Assembly (NCBI GenBank): GCA_027051165.1
Contig: JALTZZ010000035.1
Coordinates: forward strand, 4,870 to 68,869
DNA length: 64,000 bases
Source of the DNA: an archaeon
GTDB lineage: Archaea > Hydrothermarchaeota > Hydrothermarchaeia > JALTZZ01
Direction: 5' to 3'
Within the stretch, counting starts at the first letter, position 1; every line of letters starts with the position of its first letter. The notes under the pieces are model-generated. The model did not search any database. It was not told the origin of the DNA and saw only the letters and a list, made by a program, of their open reading frames with translations. Shown in pieces: positions 1 through 9,093 of the stretch. The translations under genes were made by a program, and so were the position numbers.

Positions 1-146
1 GCGACGAGGTCTGCATAAGCTCGACGAACAGAAACTTTATAGGAAGGATGGGACACAAGGACAGCAAGGTTTATCTCGCAAACCCAGCAGTTGTTGCGGC
101 GAGTGCTGTAACGGGCAGGATAACAGATCCAAGGGATCTGAAATGA
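1..146 (+). CDS. leuC: 3' end of 3-isopropylmalate dehydratase/homoaconitase large subunit (partial)
   Basis: Frame from nt 3 reads [47 protein letters not shown], the aconitase-family STSNRNF-GRMG C-terminal signature; TGA at 144-146 overlaps the next ATG. Confidence 0.85.
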   Translation, partial: DEVCISSTNRNFIGRMGHKDSKVYLANPAVVAASAVTGRITDPRDLK

Positions 147-646
147 TCCTTGAATTTAAAGGAAAGTTTCCAAGGATATCTAAAAATGTTTTTATTCACG
201 AAACTGCTGTAGTTATAGGAAACGTAGAGATAGGAGATTTCTCAAGCATCTTTCCAAACGCCGTTGTTAGAGGAGATAGAGACAAGATCGTTATTGGAAG
301 GTATGTAAACGTTCAGGACAACGTAACGATACATGTAAGCGAGGGATATAGCGTTTATATAGGAGACTATACGAGCATAGGGCATAACGCAGTGATTCAC
401 GGATGCAAAATAGGTGAAAACGTTCTCATAGGGATGAATGCGGTTGTTATGAACGGTGCGGAGATAGGAAGCAACAGCATAGTCGGTGCTTGTGCACTCG
501 TTACGGAGAACAAGAAGTTTCCTGAGCGTTCCTTAATAATAGGGGTTCCAGCAAGAGTAGTAAGAGAGCTCAGCGAGGAAGAGGTTGAGATGATCAGAAA
601 AAATGCAGAGATATATCGGAAGCTTGCTGAAGAGTATATGAGGTGA
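143..646 (+). CDS. Gamma-carbonic anhydrase family protein (left-handed beta-helix)
   Basis: Hexapeptide repeats; [12 protein letters not shown] and IGHNAVIHG metal-ligand motifs. Confidence 0.9.
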   Translation: MILEFKGKFPRISKNVFIHETAVVIGNVEIGDFSSIFPNAVVRGDRDKIVIGRYVNVQDNVTIHVSEGYSVYIGDYTSIGHNAVIHGCKIGENVLIGMNAVVMNGAEIGSNSIVGACALVTENKKFPERSLIIGVPARVVRELSEEEVEMIRKNAEIYRKLAEEYMR

Positions 647-1806
647 ATTCAATGATCGCTTACATAGATGCAAGTGTCTCTGGAGTAAGCGGTGATATGC
701 TTCTATCCGCACTAATAGACTGTGGTGCAAGGCTTGAAATAATATCGGATATCTGCAGAGTCGTTGAAAATTTATTAAACTGTAAAATAAAGGTAAAATT
801 TTATGAAGTTAAAAGAAAAGGTATAAAAGCGAAAAAACTTGATATTATTAGCGATTCTAAATTTAATATTGAAGATATACCAAGAATCTTAGATGAAGTA
901 GAGAAGAGTGTAGAGTTTGATAGAGAATTTGTAGAAAATGTCTTTAAAACGATCTTAGATGCGGAAAAGGCTGTGCACGGAGAAGCACATCTGCATGAAC
1001 TCTCAAACGTTGACACTATAATAGACGTTGTTGGATTTTCATCCCTAATAAAAGATTTAAATATAGAAAAAGTTTTATGTTCAAAAATAGAGGTTGGAAG
1101 AGGAATTGTAAAAACATCTCACGGATTTTTATCATCTCCAGCTTTTATAACTGCGGAGATACTGAAAAAGTTTAAAATACCGTTTAGAGCAAGAATAAAC
1201 GCAGAAGCTTCTACGCCAACTGGAGTTGCTATATTAGCAAATATTGCAAGATTCGATGAGATTGAGACGAGCAGAATAATAGATATAGGCTATGGAGCCG
1301 GAGAAAAAGACTTCGTCGAAGCCCCCAACGTTTTAAGAATCTTTTTGCTCGAATCTGAAATGAAAAGCGAATACATATCAATCTTGGAGACCAATCTCGA
1401 CGATGTAACTGGAGAGCTTATAGGAAACCTGATAGACGTCCTCTACAGAGAAGGTGCGTTAGATGTGCAGGTTATACAGGCTCTAACTAAGAAATCAAGA
1501 CCAAGCTTCATAATTAAGGTTATCTGCAACTTAAGCATGGAGGAAAAGCTTTCAAAAATCCTCATTAAGGAGAGCGGAACTCTCGGAGTAAGAATTTTTA
1601 GAGCTGAAAAGAGACATGTAGCTGAAAGAAAGATTTTAAAGAGAAAGATAAAAATAAAAAATAGGGAATTTGAGGTTAGATATAAAATTTCAGTTGAAAA
1701 TGATGTTAAACATTATAAACCGGAGTTCGATGATATAAAAAAAATTGCAGAAGAACTAAAACTGCCTTTTAAAGATGTATATAGGGAAGCTATAAAAAGA
1801 TTTTGA
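643..1806 (+). CDS. larC: Nickel pincer cofactor biosynthesis protein LarC
   Basis: SGVSGDMLLSALID, AVHG..HLHE, TPTG.AIL, ETNLDD, TLGVR and KPEFDD motifs. Confidence 0.9.
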   Translation: MNSMIAYIDASVSGVSGDMLLSALIDCGARLEIISDICRVVENLLNCKIKVKFYEVKRKGIKAKKLDIISDSKFNIEDIPRILDEVEKSVEFDREFVENVFKTILDAEKAVHGEAHLHELSNVDTIIDVVGFSSLIKDLNIEKVLCSKIEVGRGIVKTSHGFLSSPAFITAEILKKFKIPFRARINAEASTPTGVAILANIARFDEIETSRIIDIGYGAGEKDFVEAPNVLRIFLLESEMKSEYISILETNLDDVTGELIGNLIDVLYREGALDVQVIQALTKKSRPSFIIKVICNLSMEEKLSKILIKESGTLGVRIFRAEKRHVAERKILKRKIKIKNREFEVRYKISVENDVKHYKPEFDDIKKIAEELKLPFKDVYREAIKRF

Positions 1807-1855
1807 CCATTTGAAACCATAGAAAATTTTAAATAGTCTGTAGGAATTTTTATAA

Positions 1856-3130
1856 TTGATGAGAGTTGTAGAGCTTAAAAATCTTTCAAAAGAAGAAAAA
1901 GAAAAGATTATTAACAGGGGTAAGGTTGAGATAGAAAGTGTTTTAGAAAAAGTTAGAAAAATTGTTGAAGATGTAAAAAATAACGGTGATAAGGCACTTA
2001 AATATTATACAAAAAAATTTGATGGCATTGAAATAGACGAATTCACCGTTGGTAAAGACGAGATTGAAAAAGCCATAAATAATGTTGATTATAAAGTCAT
2101 AGAAGCTCTTGAAAAGGCTTATGAAAACATAAGATATTTCCACGAAAGACAGCTTATAAACAGCTGGTTTTATGTAAAAAATGGTGCTAAGCTTGGTTTT
2201 ATCGTTAAACCAATAAAAAAAGTTGGATGCTATGTGCCGGGAGGAAAAGCCTCTTACCCAAGCACCGTTCTAATGCTCGCTATTCCAGCAAGAGTTGCCG
2301 GCGTAAAGGAGGTATACGTTACCACTCCTCCCCAACCGAACAAATACGTGCTGGCGGCATGCGACATTGCAAACGTTGACAGGATATACAAGCTTGGCGG
2401 TGCCCAAGCTATAGCAGCCTTAGCCTATGGAACTGAGAGCGTAGAAAAGGTGGATAAAATCGTTGGACCGGGCAATATATATGTTACTGCGGCGAAGAAG
2501 CTTGTGAGCGATGTTGTATCAATAGATATGATCGCAGGACCGAGCGAAGTTCTTATAATAGCAGATGGACATGCAAATTCAAGATTTATAGCCTTGGACA
2601 TGCTCGCCCAAGCTGAGCACGATGAAAATGCCGTAGCAATACTTGTTACCGATAGCAAGGACCTTGCAAAGAAGGTAGAAAAGGAATTGAAGAATTTGCT
2701 TAAGGAAGCGAGTAAAACTGCAAAAAGCTCAATAGAAAGAAATGCATATATAATCATAGTCAATGATATCGAAGATGCGGTTGAATTTGCAAACGAATAT
2801 GCACCGGAACATCTTGAAATTATTTGCCATAACGCCGACGACGTGCTCGATAGAGTAGAGAATGCTGGAAGCATCTTTATAGGAGAGCACACACCAGTAG
2901 CGTGTGGTGATTATGCAAGCGGAACAAATCACGTTCTTCCCACAAGTGGATATGCAAAAACGTTCTCAGCACTATCAGTTTTTGATTTTTTAAAATTTAT
3001 GCTCTTTCAAAAATTTAATGAAAAATCTCTTAAAGATATCTCAGAAATAATTGTAAACTTAGCAGAGGTAGAAGGGCTATACATGCATGCAAGAAGCGTT
3101 GAGGAGAGGGTAAAGAGGAGGGAAAAATGA
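1856..3130 (+). CDS. hisD: Histidinol dehydrogenase
   Basis: YVPGGKASYPSTVLM, GPGNIYV, IDMIAGPSE, QAEHD, APEHL and GTNHVLPT motifs. Confidence 0.97.
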   Translation: MMRVVELKNLSKEEKEKIINRGKVEIESVLEKVRKIVEDVKNNGDKALKYYTKKFDGIEIDEFTVGKDEIEKAINNVDYKVIEALEKAYENIRYFHERQLINSWFYVKNGAKLGFIVKPIKKVGCYVPGGKASYPSTVLMLAIPARVAGVKEVYVTTPPQPNKYVLAACDIANVDRIYKLGGAQAIAALAYGTESVEKVDKIVGPGNIYVTAAKKLVSDVVSIDMIAGPSEVLIIADGHANSRFIALDMLAQAEHDENAVAILVTDSKDLAKKVEKELKNLLKEASKTAKSSIERNAYIIIVNDIEDAVEFANEYAPEHLEIICHNADDVLDRVENAGSIFIGEHTPVACGDYASGTNHVLPTSGYAKTFSALSVFDFLKFMLFQKFNEKSLKDISEIIVNLAEVEGLYMHARSVEERVKRREK

Positions 3131-4407
3131 GACCATTACTGCTGCTCACTGCACTGTTAATATTCTGTTTGAGCAATGCAAATGCTCTCGTAGTTAAGGC
3201 TGAAATTAAGGGTGTTATAGACACGGTTACTGCTGATTATATAGAAAATGTATATAAGGAAGCTAAAGAGCTTGATGCCGAGGCTATAATAATCGAAATG
3301 GATACACCGGGCGGGCTTGACCAATCTATGAGAAAGATTATAAAGACCATTCTCAACTCGGATATACCATTTATAGCATACGTCCACCCAGAAGGAGCGA
3401 GAGCTGCGAGTGCTGGTAGCTTCATACTCGTAGCAAGCCATTTAGCCTGTATGTCTCCAGGCACTAATGTAGGGGCTGCTCACCCAGTAGCCGTGGGTGG
3501 CGAAGGCAAGGTCTCGGAGAAAATAGTTAACGATGCTATGAAGTATATGCAGAGTCTTGCTGAGAGAAGGGGAAGAAATATAAGCTTGGCTGTAAGCTTT
3601 GTTGTAAACAGCACCTCTATAACTGCAAGCGAGGCTCTTAAATACGGAATAATAGACTGCATAGCTAAGGACTATAGCGAGCTTCTTAAGAAGTTGAACA
3701 ACAGAACCGTAGAAGTTAAAGAAGGAAATGTAACTCTGGATATAGCAGATGATGTTATAGAACCTATTGAGATGAGTGCAAGGGAGAAGTTCCTTCATCT
3801 AATTTCTGATCCAAATATTGCATACATACTATTAATGCTTGGAATATATGGAATTATATTCGAACTTGCAAATCCCGGTGCCATTTTTCCCGGCATCTTC
3901 GGAGCTATATGCCTCATATTGGCTTTCTGGAGCTTTCACATGATAAGCGTTAATGCCGCTGGTGTAGCCTTTATTATCCTTGCAATAATCTTGCTCGTAG
4001 CAGAGCTCTTTACACCTACGCACGGCTTGCTAACAGCTGGCGGAATAATCTCTCTAATCTTGGGATCGCTTATGCTTATAAACGTTGAGAAGGCAAAGTT
4101 TGTAACAATGTCTTGGGAGATCGTTGCTGCTGCTGCGGTTGTAACTGTGGGATTCTTTGTTTTAGCCATGGGATTGGCTGTAAAAGCTCACAGAAGAAAG
4201 CCAGCAACAGGAATAGAGGGCATGGTAGGATTAGAAGGTGTTGCAAAGGAAGATATAGATCCAGAGGGCATGGTAATGATAAGGGGAGAGCTCTGGCGTG
4301 CTGTAGCAAAGGATAAACCGATAAAAAAGGGTAGAAAGATTAGAGTTGTTGAAGTAAGGGATCTAACTCTTGTTGTAGAAGAGGTTGAAGGTGGAAAATA
4401 TAATTAA
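3127..4407 (+). CDS. nfeD: NfeD family membrane-bound serine protease (long form)
   Basis: Signal peptide, DTPGGL, ARAASAG, GAAHPV, TM block, C-terminal OB domain with GELWRA. Confidence 0.92.
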   Translation: MRPLLLLTALLIFCLSNANALVVKAEIKGVIDTVTADYIENVYKEAKELDAEAIIIEMDTPGGLDQSMRKIIKTILNSDIPFIAYVHPEGARAASAGSFILVASHLACMSPGTNVGAAHPVAVGGEGKVSEKIVNDAMKYMQSLAERRGRNISLAVSFVVNSTSITASEALKYGIIDCIAKDYSELLKKLNNRTVEVKEGNVTLDIADDVIEPIEMSAREKFLHLISDPNIAYILLMLGIYGIIFELANPGAIFPGIFGAICLILAFWSFHMISVNAAGVAFIILAIILLVAELFTPTHGLLTAGGIISLILGSLMLINVEKAKFVTMSWEIVAAAAVVTVGFFVLAMGLAVKAHRRKPATGIEGMVGLEGVAKEDIDPEGMVMIRGELWRAVAKDKPIKKGRKIRVVEVRDLTLVVEEVEGGKYN

Positions 4408-4507
4408 GGTTTTATCTCACTTTAGAACGATTATAAAGGGTGGAAGAAACAAATAAAATAAATCATTATGATCTCCCCATCATAAAGGAAGTTTTTAAGT
4501 CCCGAAA

Positions 4508-4999
4508 TTATACCCCATCAAAACTAAAGTAGTCGTCCAAACCGAACCAGTAGCCATGGGTCTCCATACTTTCCTTGATAAACTTTATCCATTCCAAATG
4601 CTCTCTTTCAAACTTTATCAGCAAATCAAAAACTTCTTCTGCATCCTTAATTTTTTCTCTGCACTTTATATAAAATGCTATGGAGTTTTCTTCAAGTAGT
4701 TCAGCTTCTTTTAAAATAATTTTATCATCGTCTGTAGCATTTATTTTTTCCTCAAACTTCTCCGGGAAAACTCTTTCTTCTAAAATTTTTGCCTTAGATT
4801 TTACGTCAATGCTACCTTTTTTTATAAGTTCCTCTTTAATATCTTCTAAGAATTTTCTGTGCCTAAGCTCTTCCTTAGCAAGAAACTCAAGAGTCTCTTT
4901 AGCTTTTCTGCTCTTAACTTTCTTAGATGCATTGTAATAGAAATTAAAACCCTTCTTCTCAATTTCAATTCCTCTATTTATGCAGTCTATAATGTTCAT
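4508..4999 (-). CDS. Ferritin-like/rubrerythrin family protein
   Basis: Two E..E.G..FY / EE..H diiron half-motifs (KEELRH, FEREH). Confidence 0.85.
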   Translation of the reverse strand: MNIIDCINRGIEIEKKGFNFYYNASKKVKSRKAKETLEFLAKEELRHRKFLEDIKEELIKKGSIDVKSKAKILEERVFPEKFEEKINATDDDKIILKEAELLEENSIAFYIKCREKIKDAEEVFDLLIKFEREHLEWIKFIKESMETHGYWFGLDDYFSFDGV

Positions 5000-5045
5000 A
5001 AAAAATCGGAGAAAAATTAACGATGTTATTTCATAAAGTTTAAAG

Positions 5046-5100
5046 AGGATGATGAATTTGCCGAGTGCTGAGCGGTGATGAAAAGGGGAGTCTCTGACGA
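5046..5100 (+). ncRNA. Archaeal C/D-box methylation guide sRNA
   Basis: C box ATGATGA 5049-5055, 12-nt guide, D' CTGA 5068-5071, C' GTGATGA 5075-5081, 12-nt guide, D CTGA 5094-5097; intergenic. Confidence 0.9.
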
Positions 5101-5228
5101 CCCTATTTTAAAAAAATTTTAACAGCTCTGCTTAGCCTTTGTTAAACATTTTCATCTCTTAGGTTTTAATAAATTCACTTAATAAATTCACTTAGACGAA
5201 ACATTAAGTTCACTTATCTAAGAGGATA

Positions 5229-5353
5229 AAGAGCCAAAGAAAAAATCTTCATAAAACATGTCGCTTTGAACAATTCCTTCATATTTTTTCAAAATTTCAC
5301 GATTTCTGCTTTGTGTCTTCTTCCATTCCATTGAAACTTTGAGCTTTTTCCAT
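5229..5353 (-). pseudogene. Decayed copy of the antitoxin and the start of the PIN toxin found intact at 9094-9731
   Basis: caattccttcatattttttcaaaatttc matches 9581-9608; tgtcttcttccattccat matches 9668-9685; aagagccaaaga..cttcat matches the vapC start; internal deletions. Confidence 0.8.
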
Positions 5354-5357
5354 AAGA

Positions 5358-5410
5358 TTAAATCTCCTTGCCCATGTAAGCCCCATATCTTCTATAACTC
5401 TGTAGTATTC
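5358..5410 (-). repeat. Displaced elp3 3'-end copy C (degenerate)
   Basis: 37/39 nt identical to 9774-9812, then a ~7-bp deletion, then tctgtagtattc; encodes ..YRRYGAYMGKEI*. Confidence 0.9.
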
Positions 5411-5459
5411 CTTTTCTAACGGTTAGTATATATTTTTCTTTGCTTTACCTAAGATATTA

Positions 5460-6779
5460 TTAGCTTAAAAGCCATTTCCAAAGAGGAATAAATTCTATCT
5501 TTTTATTATCAATTTTTTCAGTGCCCTCATAATCCCATGTGATAATCATCAACTTTTTCGTTTTAAGTTCTTTTGAAGCCTTTATAAGAGAGCTAACTTC
5601 CCTATCCTTTACTTCTTCTCTCGTGCTTGCATAGGTTACCTGAACAAGCTCCTTTACTTTTGTGCCCTCCTTCAAAACAAAGTCAACCTCTTTTCCCTCA
5701 GCTTTTCCATATTCCTTCCAGTAAAAGACCTGAAACTTATTAAAAATCTCGCTTCTTCTCAAAAGCTCTAAAAACACTGTATTTTCCATGAGTCTGCTAA
5801 GAGAGGTCTCAACCTTAGAAACTCTTATCAAACCGTTGTCAACAACATAAATTTTCTTTGGATATTGCTTTTTGTCTTTGATTGAGTATGAAAATATCTC
5901 TAAAGGAAAAATAAAGAAAATTTCATTATAATATCTCATATAGTCCAGAAGTTTTGCTTTACCTATCTTAAATCCTAATGATTTTAGATAGCTATAGGCT
6001 TTAGAAATACTAAGATACTTTGCATGATTTGAGAGGCAATATCTTGTGAATTCCTCAAAAGCTGATATATTTCTTATTCTAAATCTTTCAACAAGGTCTC
6101 TGTAGAATATTGCATTGTAGTATGATTCCAAAATTTTTTCTTTTATTTTCTCATCCTCAAGAACAACTTCAGGAAAACCTCCAAATTCTATGTATTCTTT
6201 TAGATATCTTAAAATTTTGCCTCTTTCTTCTTCCAAATATTTTAATAATTCTTTTTTAAAGGTAATACCTTTAATTTTAAGGAATTCTCTAAAACTCAGG
6301 GGAAAAACAACAACATCAATGTTTCTTCCCCTAAGAGATGTGGATATCTCTCTGGAGAGGAGCTTTGAGGAAGATCCAGATAGATATAGTCTGTATTTTC
6401 CCTCATCATGGATTCTTCTAACCCATTTATCCCAATCTTTGACATTTTGTATTTCGTCTAAGAAGAAATAAACTGGTTTATCTCCCTCTGGTTTAAAAAT
6501 CTCGTAATATATTTTGATCATTGTTTCAAGGTCTCTTGCATCCAAATTTCTAAGTCTTTCATCCTCAAAGTTTACGTAGAGGATATTGTCCTTTTTCAGC
6601 CTTTTTGCAAGCTTTTTAATTAGTATAAACATGAGATAGGTTTTTCCAGCTCTTCTTGGTCCGACTATGCTTATTATTTTCCTTGTATCTAAAGGGGCTT
6701 CTATTTCCCTATTAAACGTCTCGGGAATTTCCTGAACCTTCCACTTTATAAGCACAGCTCTAAAGTCATCATCCCTCAT
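5460..6779 (-). CDS. AAA+ ATPase, AAA_14/DUF4143 (COG1373) family
   Basis: GPRRAGKT Walker A, FFLDEIQ Walker B, SGSSS, LRGR, GGFPE, KIYVVDNG and C-terminal EVDF..QV nuclease-like motif. Confidence 0.9.
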   Translation of the reverse strand: MRDDDFRAVLIKWKVQEIPETFNREIEAPLDTRKIISIVGPRRAGKTYLMFILIKKLAKRLKKDNILYVNFEDERLRNLDARDLETMIKIYYEIFKPEGDKPVYFFLDEIQNVKDWDKWVRRIHDEGKYRLYLSGSSSKLLSREISTSLRGRNIDVVVFPLSFREFLKIKGITFKKELLKYLEEERGKILRYLKEYIEFGGFPEVVLEDEKIKEKILESYYNAIFYRDLVERFRIRNISAFEEFTRYCLSNHAKYLSISKAYSYLKSLGFKIGKAKLLDYMRYYNEIFFIFPLEIFSYSIKDKKQYPKKIYVVDNGLIRVSKVETSLSRLMENTVFLELLRRSEIFNKFQVFYWKEYGKAEGKEVDFVLKEGTKVKELVQVTYASTREEVKDREVSSLIKASKELKTKKLMIITWDYEGTEKIDNKKIEFIPLWKWLLS

Positions 6780-6833
6780 TGTTCTATAAATAGAACGATT
6801 TCATATATAAATTGTTCTATAAATAGAACAATT
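6778..6833. promoter_or_regulatory. Two near-perfect palindromes (TTGTTCTATAAATAGAAC[A/G]AT) flanking a TATA box; putative tandem operator
   Basis: Copies at 6778-6799 and 6810-6833; TTTATATA on the minus strand between them, ~25-30 bp upstream of the ATG. Confidence 0.7.
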
Positions 6834-6899
6834 TTTAAAAGAAAATTTTTGACATACATGTAGCATAATTTTTAATCGTGTTTTTTGTAAATATCGGAA

Positions 6900-6982
6900 T
6901 CAAAGCATCTTACCCATATAAACTCCATACTTTTCGTAGCCGAACTTTCTGTAGTATTCCCTTGTCCCTACGGCACTTGTTA
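6900..6982 (-). repeat. Displaced elp3 3'-end copy B (divergent allele, frame intact)
   Basis: 69/83 nt identical to 9774-9856 with no indels; encodes VTSAVGTREYYRKFGYEKYGVYMGKML*. Confidence 0.95.
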
Positions 6983-6990
6983 CGATTTTT

Positions 6991-7374
6991 TTATTTTATA
7001 CATCTTTTAAGATATTTTTCAACTTCTTTAACAAATATTTCTGCCATTTTCAGACATTCTTCGGCATCCTCTTTATCAATCATGAATCCTATACCGTAAT
7101 CTCCTTTTTGTCTCAAATTATATATTTTTCTAAAATATTTTCCAAGATTAGTATTAAAAATGCCAGATTTTATAAATAATATTCCAAATAAGCTCATTAC
7201 TCCTTTATGAGAATGTGTTTTAAGATTTTTTGTAAGTAAGGCTGCCTGAGCCATAAAAAACATAGCATAGTAACATCTTGAAACACAGGAATCGTAGTCT
7301 CCATCATTAAAAACAATCTCTGCTGTTCTTAGAAATCTTTTGGATTTGCTTATTAAATACTCTATTTCTTTCAT
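6991..7374 (-). CDS. HEPN domain protein (toxin of an MNT-HEPN pair)
   Basis: SRCYYAMF, H.GV, R...DY motifs; overlaps the upstream MNT gene. Confidence 0.88.
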   Translation of the reverse strand: MKEIEYLISKSKRFLRTAEIVFNDGDYDSCVSRCYYAMFFMAQAALLTKNLKTHSHKGVMSLFGILFIKSGIFNTNLGKYFRKIYNLRQKGDYGIGFMIDKEDAEECLKMAEIFVKEVEKYLKRCIK

Positions 7375-7691
7375 ACCGATATACCTTCGTCTTTTATACT
7401 TATAAAGAATGGTAATCTGTAGTTTTTAAAGATGCTCTCTTTCACAGCAACTATAGATACAAGTTCTCCTTCATTTAGAAGAATTTCAAAAAGAAGGTCG
7501 TTTAAGTAATTTTCCACATCTTTTGGATCTAATTTATCATCAATTACAACAAGAACGTCAATATCTGAATCTTCAGTAGCCTTACCTCTCGCATGAGAAC
7601 CGTAAAGTATAACTTTTATAATTTCATCTCCATATCTCTTTTTTAGATGTTCTTTTATCCGGTTTAATATTCGCCTAACCTTTTCGTTCAT
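7371..7691 (-). CDS. Minimal nucleotidyltransferase (MNT antitoxin)
   Basis: LYGSHARG...DSDIDVLVV motif. Confidence 0.92.
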   Translation of the reverse strand: MNEKVRRILNRIKEHLKKRYGDEIIKVILYGSHARGKATEDSDIDVLVVIDDKLDPKDVENYLNDLLFEILLNEGELVSIVAVKESIFKNYRLPFFISIKDEGISV

Positions 7692-7760
7692 TATTTTATT
7701 CTGTGAAAGTTATCTAAGTAAATTTTGAAAAATTTTTGATTGAAATTCTTAGAAAAGCTT

Positions 7761-8981
7761 TTAGTATGCAGCTAATTTTTCGCTCATACAAAGGTTTAAT
7801 GATTCCCCTCTATATATAGGGCAATTGTCTGGAGAGCATTTCTGTAGATATCCGAGCATTGCAAGTATTGGACAATACTTATCACTTTCAGAAACAATAT
7901 CACTTATGCAGAGTTTTAAGATGTTTTTATTATTATGTAAAGGACAAATATAGCACAGATTCTTATCACAGAAAATTCTTGCAAAATCAAAGGTTACATC
8001 AAACTGCTCTGGATAAAATTTGTGTTGTTTAAAAATTTTGTTGTAATCCTTATAAATCTCTCTAATACCTTTTGGAGGATATTTGCTGTATTTTTTATCC
8101 AATTTTTCAATGATAGGCTTCATAACTCTTTCGTAGAATTTTTCATTCCAAACATCTCCTGGAACTTCGAGCTGGTTGAGATACTTATTCGCATTTCTCC
8201 ATCTGCTTAAAACTTTAGAGCTGTGGTGCTTATAATTTTCAAGAGAGCTGAGAATATAACTTTCGTAAATAAAACCTTTTAAATAATCACGCAAAGCTGA
8301 CCATAAACGCTTGTGCCAGAGGTTATTCTTTTTTCTTGAAAAATATCTCTCAAATTTTTCTTCATTATTTAAAACATCAATTATTTCATCTACATCGCTA
8401 TACTCGTTATCGTATGTTAATAAATAAAGTCCAGTAGCTACTTTTCTTACCCAGTTTTCTTCATTTCCATAACTTGTTACGGTGAGCATGAACTCAATTA
8501 AATCCTTATTAAAACTTTTCTCTAATATTTTAAGAGTTCTTTCTACTTTTTCAACTAATCTATGATTTTTTGCTTTCATGAATCTATGTTTAAATTTATC
8601 TTTATTATCAACATTCTTTTCAATGCTAAAGTGTCCTTCCTCATCATTGTAGTATTTTTTAATAACCTCATCGGCAGAAAGCCCTTCTTGAAACTCTTTA
8701 ACAATACGAGTCATTATCGGAAAACACTTTTCCCATACACGTTCGACGGGCATTTGATAATCAAAAATATACATTAGCCAATGGGAAAGCACTAAATGTT
8801 TTGACTCAAAATCATCAATTTCTTCGTTTTTATACTTTTCCCACATTTTGTTTGTATATTTAAGCAACTCTTCTATCCCTCGTTCTTTATGTTCACCATT
8901 CCATCTTGCATTATCAACCCATTTAAAGAATTTCCATAATCTTAATAAATTTTGATTAGTCATAAGTGTTATTTTTGTCAT
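7761..8981 (-). CDS. Hypothetical protein, possible divergent HhH-GPD DNA glycosylase with a Cys-rich C-terminus
   Basis: IFDYQMPVERVW, LEVPGDVW and FC-x4-C-x2-CP followed by five more Cys; very AT-rich. Confidence 0.5.
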   Translation of the reverse strand: MTKITLMTNQNLLRLWKFFKWVDNARWNGEHKERGIEELLKYTNKMWEKYKNEEIDDFESKHLVLSHWLMYIFDYQMPVERVWEKCFPIMTRIVKEFQEGLSADEVIKKYYNDEEGHFSIEKNVDNKDKFKHRFMKAKNHRLVEKVERTLKILEKSFNKDLIEFMLTVTSYGNEENWVRKVATGLYLLTYDNEYSDVDEIIDVLNNEEKFERYFSRKKNNLWHKRLWSALRDYLKGFIYESYILSSLENYKHHSSKVLSRWRNANKYLNQLEVPGDVWNEKFYERVMKPIIEKLDKKYSKYPPKGIREIYKDYNKIFKQHKFYPEQFDVTFDFARIFCDKNLCYICPLHNNKNILKLCISDIVSESDKYCPILAMLGYLQKCSPDNCPIYRGESLNLCMSEKLAAY

Positions 8982-9093
8982 TTAACTACTTTAAAAATAA
9001 TTCTAATAAACTAAAAATTAAAAAAATTAAATCTCCATACCAAACTTTTTATTTTCAACTACTTCTTCAACTTTTCTATATAAGCTATAAAAC

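Noticed and set aside
4466-4485. Hairpin ttatgat-ctcccc-atcataa between convergent genes
   Set aside because: A 7-bp AT-rich stem, too weak to call a terminator or RNA
6878-7099. Plus-strand ORFs 6878..7099 and 9743..9991 with similar peptides (..FCSI...LRHLL)
   Set aside because: Antisense shadows of the repeated elp3 3' end; the codon constraint is on the minus strand
9027-9042. ttaaatctccatacca as a fourth elp3 3'-end remnant upstream of the 406-aa gene
   Set aside because: Only ~16 bp of AT-rich similarity; the position fits the cassette model but it is too short to assert
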